Virus record (IMG/VR): IMGVR_UViG_3300033388_007730 | Span: 1-64,000 of that record | DNA length: 64,000 nt | Direction: 5' to 3' (one strand) | Shown: positions 50,603-59,708 of the stretch, piece by piece | Position numbering within the stretch: position 1 is the stretch's first letter | Layout of the letters: each line of letters opens with the position of its first letter | Position numbers and translations under genes: made by a program | Notes under the pieces: model-generated | Told to the model about the DNA's origin: nothing | Databases searched by the model: none | What the model saw: only the letters and a program-made list of their open reading frames with translations

Positions 50603-51079
50603 ATGAAAGATTTACCACATTGGGTTAAGAAAATATTAAATAATGATAATTTAACATGCGGAGTATGCGATAAAGTAGTATCATTAAAAGATCTGTTTTC
50701 TATGGGTATTCAAAAAAGTAGTGTAAAACCGTTTAGGGAGGTTCTATTTATAGGAATTGTATGTAAGCATTGTAAAGAGATGACGCTTTTTGAGTTAAAA
50801 GAAATGACTTTACTTGATTTCGCTTTTGAAATATTGGAAGAACAATCAAAATCGCAAGCCAAAAGTAGTAAGAAAAAATTAGATAAAAAGATGAAAGTTA
50901 CTTCAAATGATAAAAATGTCAAAAAAACAAAAAGCAAGATAACTCTAAAAGAGATTAAAAACAGTGTATCGTTCCTCAATCAGATAGAAACACATGATGA
51001 TTTTTTGATTGCTCTTGGAATGTCAATAGAACAGATAGAAAGTTATAAGATTAAAAAGAATAAAAGAAAGACAAAATAA
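50603..51079 (+). CDS. Zinc-ribbon protein
   Basis: CGVC...CKHC; AGGAG RBS. Confidence 0.75.
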   Translation: MKDLPHWVKKILNNDNLTCGVCDKVVSLKDLFSMGIQKSSVKPFREVLFIGIVCKHCKEMTLFELKEMTLLDFAFEILEEQSKSQAKSSKKKLDKKMKVTSNDKNVKKTKSKITLKEIKNSVSFLNQIETHDDFLIALGMSIEQIESYKIKKNKRKTK

Positions 51080-52137
51080 TGAAAGTAAGTGATTTTAGAT
51101 TAGCAGCTTCGATATTAAAAAGGGTTTGTTTGAATAGTGGATTAGCATTCCAGGATGTGAATATCACTTTTGATGAGAATTCGACAGATAGTGCTTTTAT
51201 TATTGGTGGGACAAAGAATGTTGTTCATACTATATATAGAATAGTTGATAAGTATATTTCTAATTCTATTGATATATTTGGTCAAAAATTATTTCAGAGT
51301 CCAGAGGAAGAAGAGAATTTTTTATTAACTCTTGCTTCTAAATTAAGAACATTTTTATATCCTGACGATAGCATTTATGACAAAATTGAAGAAACTACTA
51401 AACAGAGTTTATATAGTATGCCATTAGTATGGATTTTAATGAAAGATATTGTATGTCCTATAAATGATGTCGCTCTTCAAAATATTGATATATTTTTAGT
51501 AGATAGAAATGATATAGACATAGCACAGTATTGTAGTGATGTTAAGAATATAAATAATATTGAATCTTCTTTCATATTCATTAATGATATAAGTAATAAT
51601 GCAGTTAAAAATGCACTACTGTTTATTGAAGTTCTGGAAGCACATGATTTATCACCAACAGAAGTTATTAAAGAGATATATGAAAGTGACTTATATGAGA
51701 AATTTTATGGATTATTAGAGCTTTCTTTGAATGATAGTGAAATAAATGATTTTGAAGGAATTTTGATAGATATTACTGGTATAGATTTATTTGATTTAAT
51801 CCCATATCAGATAGATGCTATAAGAGATCATAAGGTGGCACAAAGTACAAAATATGATACGCATGCAGGAATGCCATTCTGGTTTATGGGTCTTACTGAA
51901 GAGATGCTGGAACCTATGAGAGGTTCAAATTGGACAGTATATGAGGGATTACAGCCTTATGTAAAAGAATTTTGGGATAAAGTTGAAGAAGTTAAATCAA
52001 AAAGAATAAAAAAGGGTAAGGATGTGGGAGTTCCATTTAATATGTTATTGGGACTAAAAACAAAGCAACTAGATGGTGGAGAAACTGATACAGAAACTAC
52101 TCTTCAAGGATTGTTATCATCTAATAGAATATGGTAA
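51079..52137 (+). CDS. Hypothetical protein (352 aa)
   Basis: Long ORF with TAATG coupling. Confidence 0.75.
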   Translation: MKVSDFRLAASILKRVCLNSGLAFQDVNITFDENSTDSAFIIGGTKNVVHTIYRIVDKYISNSIDIFGQKLFQSPEEEENFLLTLASKLRTFLYPDDSIYDKIEETTKQSLYSMPLVWILMKDIVCPINDVALQNIDIFLVDRNDIDIAQYCSDVKNINNIESSFIFINDISNNAVKNALLFIEVLEAHDLSPTEVIKEIYESDLYEKFYGLLELSLNDSEINDFEGILIDITGIDLFDLIPYQIDAIRDHKVAQSTKYDTHAGMPFWFMGLTEEMLEPMRGSNWTVYEGLQPYVKEFWDKVEEVKSKRIKKGKDVGVPFNMLLGLKTKQLDGGETDTETTLQGLLSSNRIW

Positions 52138-52141
52138 TATC

Positions 52142-52170
52142 TTGAAAAGTGAAAGATAATGTTGTAAAAT
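52142..52170 (+). promoter_or_regulatory. Sigma70-like promoter TTGAAA-17-TAAAAT
   Basis: Shares TTGAAA(A)GTGA with the promoters at 44772 and 47878; followed by a GAGGTG RBS. Confidence 0.6.
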
Positions 52171-52182
52171 GTATGAGGTGAT

Positions 52183-52506
52183 ATGATGAATAATGAAGAA
52201 TATGAATTATTTCTTAATAAGACTTTGAACTTAATTGAAAATGCTGTTAATTTTTTAAATAGAGGTAAACATATTGTAGCATATAATAAGATGCTTGGAA
52301 TATACCAAAAATTAACATCATTGGAAGGGGACAAGAGGGTTGAATTATCATTGGAAGAATTGAGTTGTAGGTCTGTTTCTTATTATATGTTAGATGGTAG
52401 ATACGATGATGCGATGGTTGTTATTAAAAAAATAAGATTAGATTTATATCAAGTTTATGGTAAGGTAAAAAAAGAAAATGAAAAAAATAGAAACGAAAGC
52501 GTTTAA
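52183..52506 (+). CDS. Hypothetical helical protein (107 aa)
   Basis: GAGGTG RBS. Confidence 0.7.
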   Translation: MMNNEEYELFLNKTLNLIENAVNFLNRGKHIVAYNKMLGIYQKLTSLEGDKRVELSLEELSCRSVSYYMLDGRYDDAMVVIKKIRLDLYQVYGKVKKENEKNRNESV

Positions 52507-52657
52507 AAAAATATCAGCAGATGAAGTTACTCATCCACCAGTTCCAGGTGAGGGAGATGGTGCAAAATCTAAGAGTAGTGGTAAAAAGAAAAAGAAGAAA
52601 AAGTTACCTACATTGAATAGAGTAGTAGATGATGTAAGTATAAATGATTTAAGATAG
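52478..52657 (+). CDS. Small Lys-rich protein (59 aa), absent from the ORF track
   Basis: MKKIETKAFKKISADEVTHPPVPGEGDGAKSKSSGKKKKKKKLPTLNRVVDDVSINDLR; fills the gap before the helicase. Confidence 0.55.
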   Translation: MKKIETKAFKKISADEVTHPPVPGEGDGAKSKSSGKKKKKKKLPTLNRVVDDVSINDLR

Positions 52658-52667
52658 AGGAAGTATT

Positions 52668-54200
52668 TTGAGTTTAGTATTAGAAGTAGATCATAACGTG
52701 ACTTATGTTAAAGGTAAGTTGCAAGGAGAGTTGTATAAAGGTCTTAAAAGAGAATTGGGATATTTACCAGAAGATTCTTTTTGGATGAAGAAGAAGAATT
52801 CTAGCAATTCAAAGCAGAAGTGGAAAAAAGAGTGGGATGGAATAATTACTACTGTTTGTTGGAATAAAGCATTTTGTAGATGTCATGTCAAAAAAAATGG
52901 AATGCACTTTCATACAGGACTTGTAGGAAGAGCTTGTAAATATTTTAAAGATAATGGTGTTCAATATAAAGTTGTTGATATACGTAGCAAAACTGAAAAG
53001 ACTGATAGATATTCTATGTCTGACGAATTTGAGTATAGAGATTATCAACAAGATATAATAAAAACAGTTGTTGGTGATGAGTCTGTTAAAGGTACTGATA
53101 GAGGTATCATTAAAGCAGCAACTGGTTCTGGGAAAACTTCTATTGCTTGTGCCGTTATCGCTAATATAGGTGTCTCTCCAACAATTTTCTATGTCACTTC
53201 TGTTGATCTTTTGAAGCAGGCTAGAGATGAAATTAGCAGGTTTATTAGAGAGAATGATTTGCCAGTTGATATCGGTGCTGTAGGTGGTGGATATAAAGAT
53301 ATAAGAGATATAACTGTTATGACAGTTCAAACTGCTGTGAGAGCATTGGGTGGCGTTTGGGTAAAATATGATGATGAGAGTTATGAAAAAGATGATACAG
53401 ATATTGAAGATATCAGAAATGATATTCGGGATCTTATACATAATTGTAAACTTATGATTTGCGATGAGATTCAGCATTGGGCTGCTGAAACTTGTCAAAT
53501 AATTTCTGATGCTTCAGTTTCTTGTCAGTACAGATATGGATTTAGTGCGACTCCATGGAGGGACAAAGGAGATGACATTCTTATAGATGCTTGTTTTGGA
53601 AAGTGTTTGGCAGATATAAATGCTTCATATCTTATTAGAGAAGGATACCTCGTTAGACCAAATATATATTTTTGGACAGTTAATAATATGAGAGGAATAG
53701 GAAAAGTTCCGTATCAGACAGTATATAAAAAAGCGATAGTTGAGAATGAAGAAAGAAATGAGATAATAGCAAACTTAGCAGAACATTTTTTAGAACAGAA
53801 GAGAAAGATTCTTATATTAGTAAAACAGATAGCTCATGGTAAGACATTAGAATTAATGATTCCTGGAAGTACTTTTCTATATGGAGCAACTTCCAAAAAG
53901 AAGAGGGAAGAACATCTTGAGCTTATGAGAAATGGAGAGGCTAGAATAACGATAGCTAGTGTTATATTTGATGAAGGAATTGATTGTAAGCCACTTGATA
54001 CATTGATATTAGCAGGTGGTGGGAAATCTCCTACAAGGGCATTACAAAGAATTGGTAGAATATTAAGACTGTATGAAGGTAAAACAGATGCGATAGCTGT
54101 TGATTTTATGGATAATTGTAAATATCTTCAAGGACATAGTAAGAAAAGGGAAAAAATGTATAGGAGTGAAGATGAATTCATCATTAAAAGGCAAAAATGA
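52668..54200 (+). CDS. Superfamily 2 DNA helicase (UvsW/ResIII-like)
   Basis: ATGSGKT, CDEIQH, SATP and QRIGRILR motifs; TTG start after GAGG. Confidence 0.9.
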   Translation: MSLVLEVDHNVTYVKGKLQGELYKGLKRELGYLPEDSFWMKKKNSSNSKQKWKKEWDGIITTVCWNKAFCRCHVKKNGMHFHTGLVGRACKYFKDNGVQYKVVDIRSKTEKTDRYSMSDEFEYRDYQQDIIKTVVGDESVKGTDRGIIKAATGSGKTSIACAVIANIGVSPTIFYVTSVDLLKQARDEISRFIRENDLPVDIGAVGGGYKDIRDITVMTVQTAVRALGGVWVKYDDESYEKDDTDIEDIRNDIRDLIHNCKLMICDEIQHWAAETCQIISDASVSCQYRYGFSATPWRDKGDDILIDACFGKCLADINASYLIREGYLVRPNIYFWTVNNMRGIGKVPYQTVYKKAIVENEERNEIIANLAEHFLEQKRKILILVKQIAHGKTLELMIPGSTFLYGATSKKKREEHLELMRNGEARITIASVIFDEGIDCKPLDTLILAGGGKSPTRALQRIGRILRLYEGKTDAIAVDFMDNCKYLQGHSKKREKMYRSEDEFIIKRQK

Positions 54201-54201
54201 G

Positions 54202-55125
54202 ATGAGTAGTGCAGATAAAATAATGAAAAATATCTTTAGTGGTGAGTTTGAGGATGTTAGAACTGCAAAAAGGAAAAAAAGCAAAAAAATAAAAAAAAAT
54301 GTTGACATAGAGAAAAAAGATGGTATAATAACATCAAATGATGAGGGTACAGAAATCATTAATGATGGCCCTAAGTTTGTGAGCTGGAAAGATAAGAATA
54401 AAAGAAAAACGTGGCAATTTGATCCTAATAAACCAGTATCGGATTGGAAAGCCTGGGATTTATTTGAATTTGCTCACAATTTGTATGTTAAAAAGTATAA
54501 TGAAGATTGGGATTTGAGAAGGCAGGGTAACTCTTTGGTCATCTTGCAGATCTTTGAAAAATTAGAGAGAGAGTTAGGCAGTAATAACTATTTAATGATG
54601 CGAGATTATGTTATTTATTTCTTTGAGAAACATATAGATAAGTTTAAAAGAAGAAAAACACATAATGATGGTTTCTTCGATCATATGAATAGAAAAGATG
54701 TTATTAGATCATTTTGTCATTCTTATGATTATCGAAAAAACTTTAAAAGGTATGAAGGATTGAGAAAAAAAGATATAAATAAAGTTATTACAAATGCAGA
54801 TTTAGAAAATGCTTATATTCTAAGTATTGGAACATTAGTATCTGATTTTGGTATAGTCATCGCCGCTAATTGGTTAGTTGCGAAAAAGAAGTTCAAAAAG
54901 AAAGATACTGTTAAAATGATTTTTAATGCTTGTAAGTCAATGTATGATAAAGATGTATTTCATATAGTTGTAAAATCTACTGAGAAAAACTCTCCTTATC
55001 CAGATTGGCTAATGTTTAAAGACCCTTCTATTATTACTAATAGGATAGATAAGAATATAAAAATAAATGTAGAATTTTTAGAAAGTGGAAAAAATAAGCT
55101 TGCTTTTTTGAAAGGAATATGTTAA
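54202..55125 (+). CDS. Hypothetical basic protein, possibly replication/DNA-binding
   Basis: Start placed at ATG 54202 directly after the helicase stop. Confidence 0.7.
   Translation: MSSADKIMKNIFSGEFEDVRTAKRKKSKKIKKNVDIEKKDGIITSNDEGTEIINDGPKFVSWKDKNKRKTWQFDPNKPVSDWKAWDLFEFAHNLYVKKYNEDWDLRRQGNSLVILQIFEKLERELGSNNYLMMRDYVIYFFEKHIDKFKRRKTHNDGFFDHMNRKDVIRSFCHSYDYRKNFKRYEGLRKKDINKVITNADLENAYILSIGTLVSDFGIVIAANWLVAKKKFKKKDTVKMIFNACKSMYDKDVFHIVVKSTEKNSPYPDWLMFKDPSIITNRIDKNIKINVEFLESGKNKLAFLKGIC
54302..54329 (+). promoter_or_regulatory. Intragenic consensus promoter TTGACA-16-TATAAT with extended TG
   Basis: Both hexamers are perfect, with an A-rich UP-like tract upstream. Confidence 0.6.
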
Positions 55126-55135
55126 ACTATGAAAG

Positions 55136-55648
55136 ATGAAAATGAGTAAAGAGTATAGTATCAATTACAAGATTCAAGCTAGCATAGTTGATGTTGTGAC
55201 TCCAGAAGGAGAAATGAAAAAGAATGTATCATTCGATGATGCGATGGATATGACGGAAGAATATGGGTTGGACTTGGTAGAGGTTTCACCAACAAAAGAA
55301 AATAAAAATGCAGTATGTAAGATACTAGATTTTGGGAAATTAAAATATAAAGATAGTAAAAGGAAGAAGACTCACAAACAGGTTGTGAAAGAAATTAAGT
55401 TTAATTTTAATATCGATAACCACGATTTAGAAGTAAAAAATAAAAAAGTAAAAAAGTTCCTTGACAAAAAGTATCAGATAAGGTATAGTATAGAACTAAG
55501 AGGCAGAGAAAAATCGTTAATCTCTGCCGCGAGAGAAAAAATGGAAAAAAGTTTGGAACAGTTCAAAGAAGTAGCAAGTTGGACTCCTATCAAAGTTTTT
55601 TCTGGTGGAAGAATGGTAAGAATAACAACGGTTATATCTGCTGTATAA
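55136..55648 (+). CDS. infC: Translation initiation factor IF-3
   Basis: IN..I...V...G...A...GLDLVEVSP...VCKILDFGKLKY, VKEIKF...I..HD...K, RGRE. Confidence 0.92.
   Translation: MKMSKEYSINYKIQASIVDVVTPEGEMKKNVSFDDAMDMTEEYGLDLVEVSPTKENKNAVCKILDFGKLKYKDSKRKKTHKQVVKEIKFNFNIDNHDLEVKNKKVKKFLDKKYQIRYSIELRGREKSLISAAREKMEKSLEQFKEVASWTPIKVFSGGRMVRITTVISAV
55461..55489 (+). promoter_or_regulatory. Intragenic sigma70 promoter TTGACA-17-TATAGT, upstream of the AAA gene
   Basis: -35 at 55461-55466, -10 at 55484-55489. Confidence 0.55.
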
Positions 55649-55687
55649 ATGTGAAGTGTTTAATTAGATGTATGAAAGGAACCAGCA

Positions 55688-57346
55688 ATGGCAACAGAAG
55701 TATCAACGGAAGATAGTGAAAAAATCCTAGCGGAGATGACAACAGAAGAGTTTAAGACTGATTTCTCAACTATTTTGAGAACTCGTTATCCTCTTCTTTA
55801 TGTTAGTGTAAAAGAAGAAAGACGTTATCTCCGTTTCATGGAACATTTTTGCAGGGTGAATGGTTACGAATGCAAAATCTGGGATACATATAATGGCTTG
55901 ATCGATCTTGAGACAAAAGAGAAAGATGGTTCCATTTCAGATGACATGAAGAATGAGCCTATCGCTATTCTGGATCATGTCATAGCACAGGGCAAGATAT
56001 ATGTGAATAAGAAAGAGTCTGTTACAGACAAAAGAGCTCAAGGTATCAAGGGGATTATTTTTGTGCTTCTTGACTATTTCAGGTTTCTTGATGAGGCTCC
56101 TGATATTGAGAGAAGATTGAAAGCAATCTCCAGTCTTAATGGAATCGTAACTTGCATTCTCACAGGTCCGGATTATCTTGCTACGGATGTTATCGAAAAT
56201 TTGATGCCTAACATCGATTTTCCTTATGCTAACAAGAACGAGATAAAGACAGCACTGTATCAGGTTGTTGCTGGTGTCGATGATAAGCTTCCGGGGATTA
56301 AAAAGTCAACAAAAGCATTAGAGGAAGAGCTTATTAACTCTGTGCAGGGATTGACATTGATGGAAGCACAAACTGCTTTTTCAAAGTCTTTGGTTTCCAA
56401 AAGGGCATGGGACATACCAATTATCCTTAAGGAAAAGAAACAAATCATCAGAAAGAGTGGTATTCTTGAATACTATGATAGAACAGTTTCGATGGATGAT
56501 GTGGGTGGATTAAAGGAATTAATTGAGTGGATTAAACAAAGAAAGACCTGTTTCTCTCAAGAGGCAGAGGACTATGGGCTTAAGAAACCAAGAGGATTGC
56601 TTACTATTGGTATGCCAGGATGTGGTAAGTCCCTTGTCTGTAAGGCTATTAGTAGTTCATGGAATATGCCGTTGCTTAGGCTTGATTTCGGTAAGCTTTT
56701 TGGTTCGCTTGTCGGAGATTCCGAAAAGAACGCAAGAGAGGCTATTACTCAAGCTGAGGCTGTTGCTCCTGCTATTCTTTGGGTCGATGAAATCGAAAAA
56801 GCGATTTCAGGCGGAAGATCCAGTGGTCAAACTGACGGTGGGACTACTAGCAGAGTTCTTAGCACGTTTCTTACGTGGATGCAGGAAAAAGAGAGTCCGG
56901 TATTTGTGGTTGCAACGGCGAATGATCATGAGTCTATTCCTCCTGAGTTCTTGAGATCTGGACGTTTTGACGAGATTTTCTTTGTTGATCTTCCAAATTT
57001 AGATGAAAGAAAAGAAATCATTGAGGTTCATCTTAGGAAGAATGAGTTGAAAATCAAAAGTTTTGATATTGAAGCTATTGCTCAACACATTGAAGGGTAC
57101 AGCGGTGCAGAAATCGAAAAGTGTGTTGATTGTGCTATGCTCAGGGGCTTCGTAGAGAAAAAGAGAAAGATTAATACGCAGGATATCATTAAGGCATCGG
57201 GAGAGTTTGTACCGTTGTCAGTAATGAGAGAGGCTGATTTCGATGGTATTAAGGAATGGGCTTTGACGAGGTGTCGAAATGCTAGTTCGGGTCCTGTAGA
57301 AGTAGTTGATCTTGGAACTGATGGGAACAAAGATTTGGATATATAG
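55688..57346 (+). CDS. AAA+ ATPase, Ycf46-like
   Basis: Degenerate N-terminal module plus active AAA domain (VGGL..L..W, GMPGCGKS, WVDEIEK, SGRFDEIFFVDLP). Confidence 0.9.
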   Translation: MATEVSTEDSEKILAEMTTEEFKTDFSTILRTRYPLLYVSVKEERRYLRFMEHFCRVNGYECKIWDTYNGLIDLETKEKDGSISDDMKNEPIAILDHVIAQGKIYVNKKESVTDKRAQGIKGIIFVLLDYFRFLDEAPDIERRLKAISSLNGIVTCILTGPDYLATDVIENLMPNIDFPYANKNEIKTALYQVVAGVDDKLPGIKKSTKALEEELINSVQGLTLMEAQTAFSKSLVSKRAWDIPIILKEKKQIIRKSGILEYYDRTVSMDDVGGLKELIEWIKQRKTCFSQEAEDYGLKKPRGLLTIGMPGCGKSLVCKAISSSWNMPLLRLDFGKLFGSLVGDSEKNAREAITQAEAVAPAILWVDEIEKAISGGRSSGQTDGGTTSRVLSTFLTWMQEKESPVFVVATANDHESIPPEFLRSGRFDEIFFVDLPNLDERKEIIEVHLRKNELKIKSFDIEAIAQHIEGYSGAEIEKCVDCAMLRGFVEKKRKINTQDIIKASGEFVPLSVMREADFDGIKEWALTRCRNASSGPVEVVDLGTDGNKDLDI

Positions 57347-57347
57347 A

Positions 57348-58169
57348 GTGAGAGATATAGAAAAACTAAAAGAAGAATATCTAAATAAGTTCGCAAGGAA
57401 GTATTATAATGAGTCCCCACAAAATATCAGTGGGGACTCATTTTACAGATGTTCTATTCTTGCGGAGATTTGGGCGTATATGAAAAATATCCTTCCAAGG
57501 GATGTTTCTAAGTATACAATTTTTGATTTTGATGGGAGAAGTAAATCTGGAGAAATTCTTATACCTCCAGAGATTGCTCTAAATGCTAAGAATCTAATTA
57601 GCAGATATTGTTGGGGCAAGACATGGAATCAAATTGTTGATTATTATAAGAATGATGAAATTAAAATAAAAATATTTTTGAACAAGCGTTCTGAAATGAT
57701 GCTTCGTTTAAAGAATGGTAATAATATGCTCATTTTTGGGGAATCTATAGATCATCCAATAGGCAGAACAATGGTGGCATCCATTGTTATGAAAGAAGCT
57801 ATTAAGCTCAGAGCACAATATGGGCAAAGAGGACAAACTTATGAGTGGATTGATTTTGTGGCTTTGAAGAATGCTATTACAGAAGATTCTGATAAGGTTA
57901 CTGATTATAGGAGTTGTAGTTGGCTTGTTGTTGACAATATTTTTCAACCAGAATATTGGACAATACAGCAAAAGGTATATATGTCTGATATTATAGATTC
58001 TTTTTTCATAAATAGATTGAATGACAAATTACCTACTATTTTTGTTTTTAAGTTTGATATTAGAAACAAATCTTTTAATGCAGAGGAAGAGATGGGAACG
58101 GGGATATCAAAAATTATTCATAGCAAAGCAACCTGTAAGATCCCATTGTGTAAAGAGTTTAAGGCATAA
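57348..58169 (+). CDS. DnaC/IstB-like helicase loader with a degenerate P-loop
   Basis: TIFDFD, MLIFGE..HPIGRT (Walker A without Lys), WLVVDN, R....LPTIF; immediately upstream of DnaB. GTG start at 57348 assumed. Confidence 0.6.
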   Translation: MRDIEKLKEEYLNKFARKYYNESPQNISGDSFYRCSILAEIWAYMKNILPRDVSKYTIFDFDGRSKSGEILIPPEIALNAKNLISRYCWGKTWNQIVDYYKNDEIKIKIFLNKRSEMMLRLKNGNNMLIFGESIDHPIGRTMVASIVMKEAIKLRAQYGQRGQTYEWIDFVALKNAITEDSDKVTDYRSCSWLVVDNIFQPEYWTIQQKVYMSDIIDSFFINRLNDKLPTIFVFKFDIRNKSFNAEEEMGTGISKIIHSKATCKIPLCKEFKA

Positions 58170-58170
58170 T

Positions 58171-59706
58171 ATGAGTCAAAGTATCATTGATATAGAACAA
58201 CAGTTTATTTATCTTTTACTTCATGATAAGAAACTGGTTGGGGAATTTTTAGAAAGCATGTTGCTTTCTAAAGATTTTGATGAAAGTCATCAATTTATAT
58301 TAAAATGTATAATAGAGTGTTATGATGATGATGTTCTATTAACAAGAGATTCTCTTAGAAATAAAGCAAAGTCTAAAATACCTATTGAGAGAGTTGCATT
58401 AGAAACAACAATCAATAGGTGTTATAATGCACAAACAGATTCAAATAATTTTCCTACATTGGTCAATCAAATTTATGATCACAAGCTAGGAAAAGTTATT
58501 AATTTTGGTTTAGCGGAGTTTAATAAGAAACTTAAAGATGATAAATTTGAAGCTATTAAATATTTAGTGGAGAATTTTGAAAGCACTTTATACCAGAATA
58601 ATTCTTTTGCAAGTAAGACTTTTTATGATGATGTAACAATCATTTTTGATAAGAATATCCAATATTTAAAAGATGTTAGATCTGGTAAAATTGAAGAAAT
58701 TCCACCAATTATATGCGGGATAAAAGAAATAGATGATACAATGATAACCGGATATGAAGCTGGAACATTGACCTTATTTATCGCTGATGTTGGCGGATTT
58801 AAAAGCACAATGATGATGAATGTAGCTCTTAATGTATGGAGATATGGACATAATGTTCTTTATGTTCCGTTAGAAATGGATAAGGATCAAATGTGGAAGA
58901 GACTTTGTTCCAGAGAAAGTTGTATTCCTTATGAGATGTTTGCGAGAGATGTGAAAAGATTAACTGATGAACAGATGGAAAAGATAGAAGCTATTAAAGC
59001 AGAATTTGAAAGTGGAGAATCAAAATTCTATATAATGCAAGAATCTAAAAGAACTAATGTATTCACTATACAAAAGAATATAGAACGGAGAATTGAGGAA
59101 TTTAAACCAAAGCTAGTCGTAATTGATTACATAGCTAATTTAGATCCGGATCAGAAAAGAAATGGAAGAAATGATTTGGAAATAGGCGATATGCTCAAAT
59201 CTTTAAGACATAATGGTAAGACTCTTGGACATGCAGTCGTGTCAGGCGCTCAGCTTGGTCGTGCAGCTCTTAATAGGATTAGATTGGCAGGAAGGAATAG
59301 GGATAAGACAGCGATTAACTCAGAGGACGTGAGAGGTTCTCATGAATATTCTGCTGATGCTGATAATATTTATGCTCAGTTGAAACATGTTTCTCAACCA
59401 AATCAATTATTAGATATATATTGTGTTAAAGCTCGTAATGGGCCTAATACTTTTCCTAATGGAGAATTAAGAGCAACATTGGAAGTTCGTCCTGAGATAT
59501 TTTTAGTTCAGAGTCAAGGTCAGGGTGGGATGGGAGAAGTATCTACTGATGATATATTAAATGATTTAAATGATCTTGAAGAAGAGGATTCAGTTGTTGT
59601 TAAAAGTGATGTTGCAGAGGGAAGTTCTTCTGCTGCTGTTTCTACTGTTTCTACTGTTTCTACTGTTTCTATTGTTTCTGATGAAGAAGATGATTGGGAT
59701 TTCTAA
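58171..59706 (+). CDS. dnaB: Replicative DnaB-like helicase
   Basis: GI.EIDD..G...GTL...ADVGGFKS, VLYVPLEM, LVVIDY, AQLGR, KARNG; start at ATG 58171. Confidence 0.9.
   Translation: MSQSIIDIEQQFIYLLLHDKKLVGEFLESMLLSKDFDESHQFILKCIIECYDDDVLLTRDSLRNKAKSKIPIERVALETTINRCYNAQTDSNNFPTLVNQIYDHKLGKVINFGLAEFNKKLKDDKFEAIKYLVENFESTLYQNNSFASKTFYDDVTIIFDKNIQYLKDVRSGKIEEIPPIICGIKEIDDTMITGYEAGTLTLFIADVGGFKSTMMMNVALNVWRYGHNVLYVPLEMDKDQMWKRLCSRESCIPYEMFARDVKRLTDEQMEKIEAIKAEFESGESKFYIMQESKRTNVFTIQKNIERRIEEFKPKLVVIDYIANLDPDQKRNGRNDLEIGDMLKSLRHNGKTLGHAVVSGAQLGRAALNRIRLAGRNRDKTAINSEDVRGSHEYSADADNIYAQLKHVSQPNQLLDIYCVKARNGPNTFPNGELRATLEVRPEIFLVQSQGQGGMGEVSTDDILNDLNDLEEEDSVVVKSDVAEGSSSAAVSTVSTVSTVSIVSDEEDDWDF
59638..59679 (+). 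repeat. 9-bp tandem repeat (GTTTCTACT x3 plus variants) encoding VST repeats in the DnaB tail
   Basis: Read directly from the sequence. Confidence 0.9.
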
Positions 59707-59708
59707 TA

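Noticed and set aside
35569-57346. MoxR-vWA chaperone pair
   Set aside because: The ATPase has classic-clade Ycf46-like motifs rather than MoxR motifs and lies more than 10 kb away in another module.
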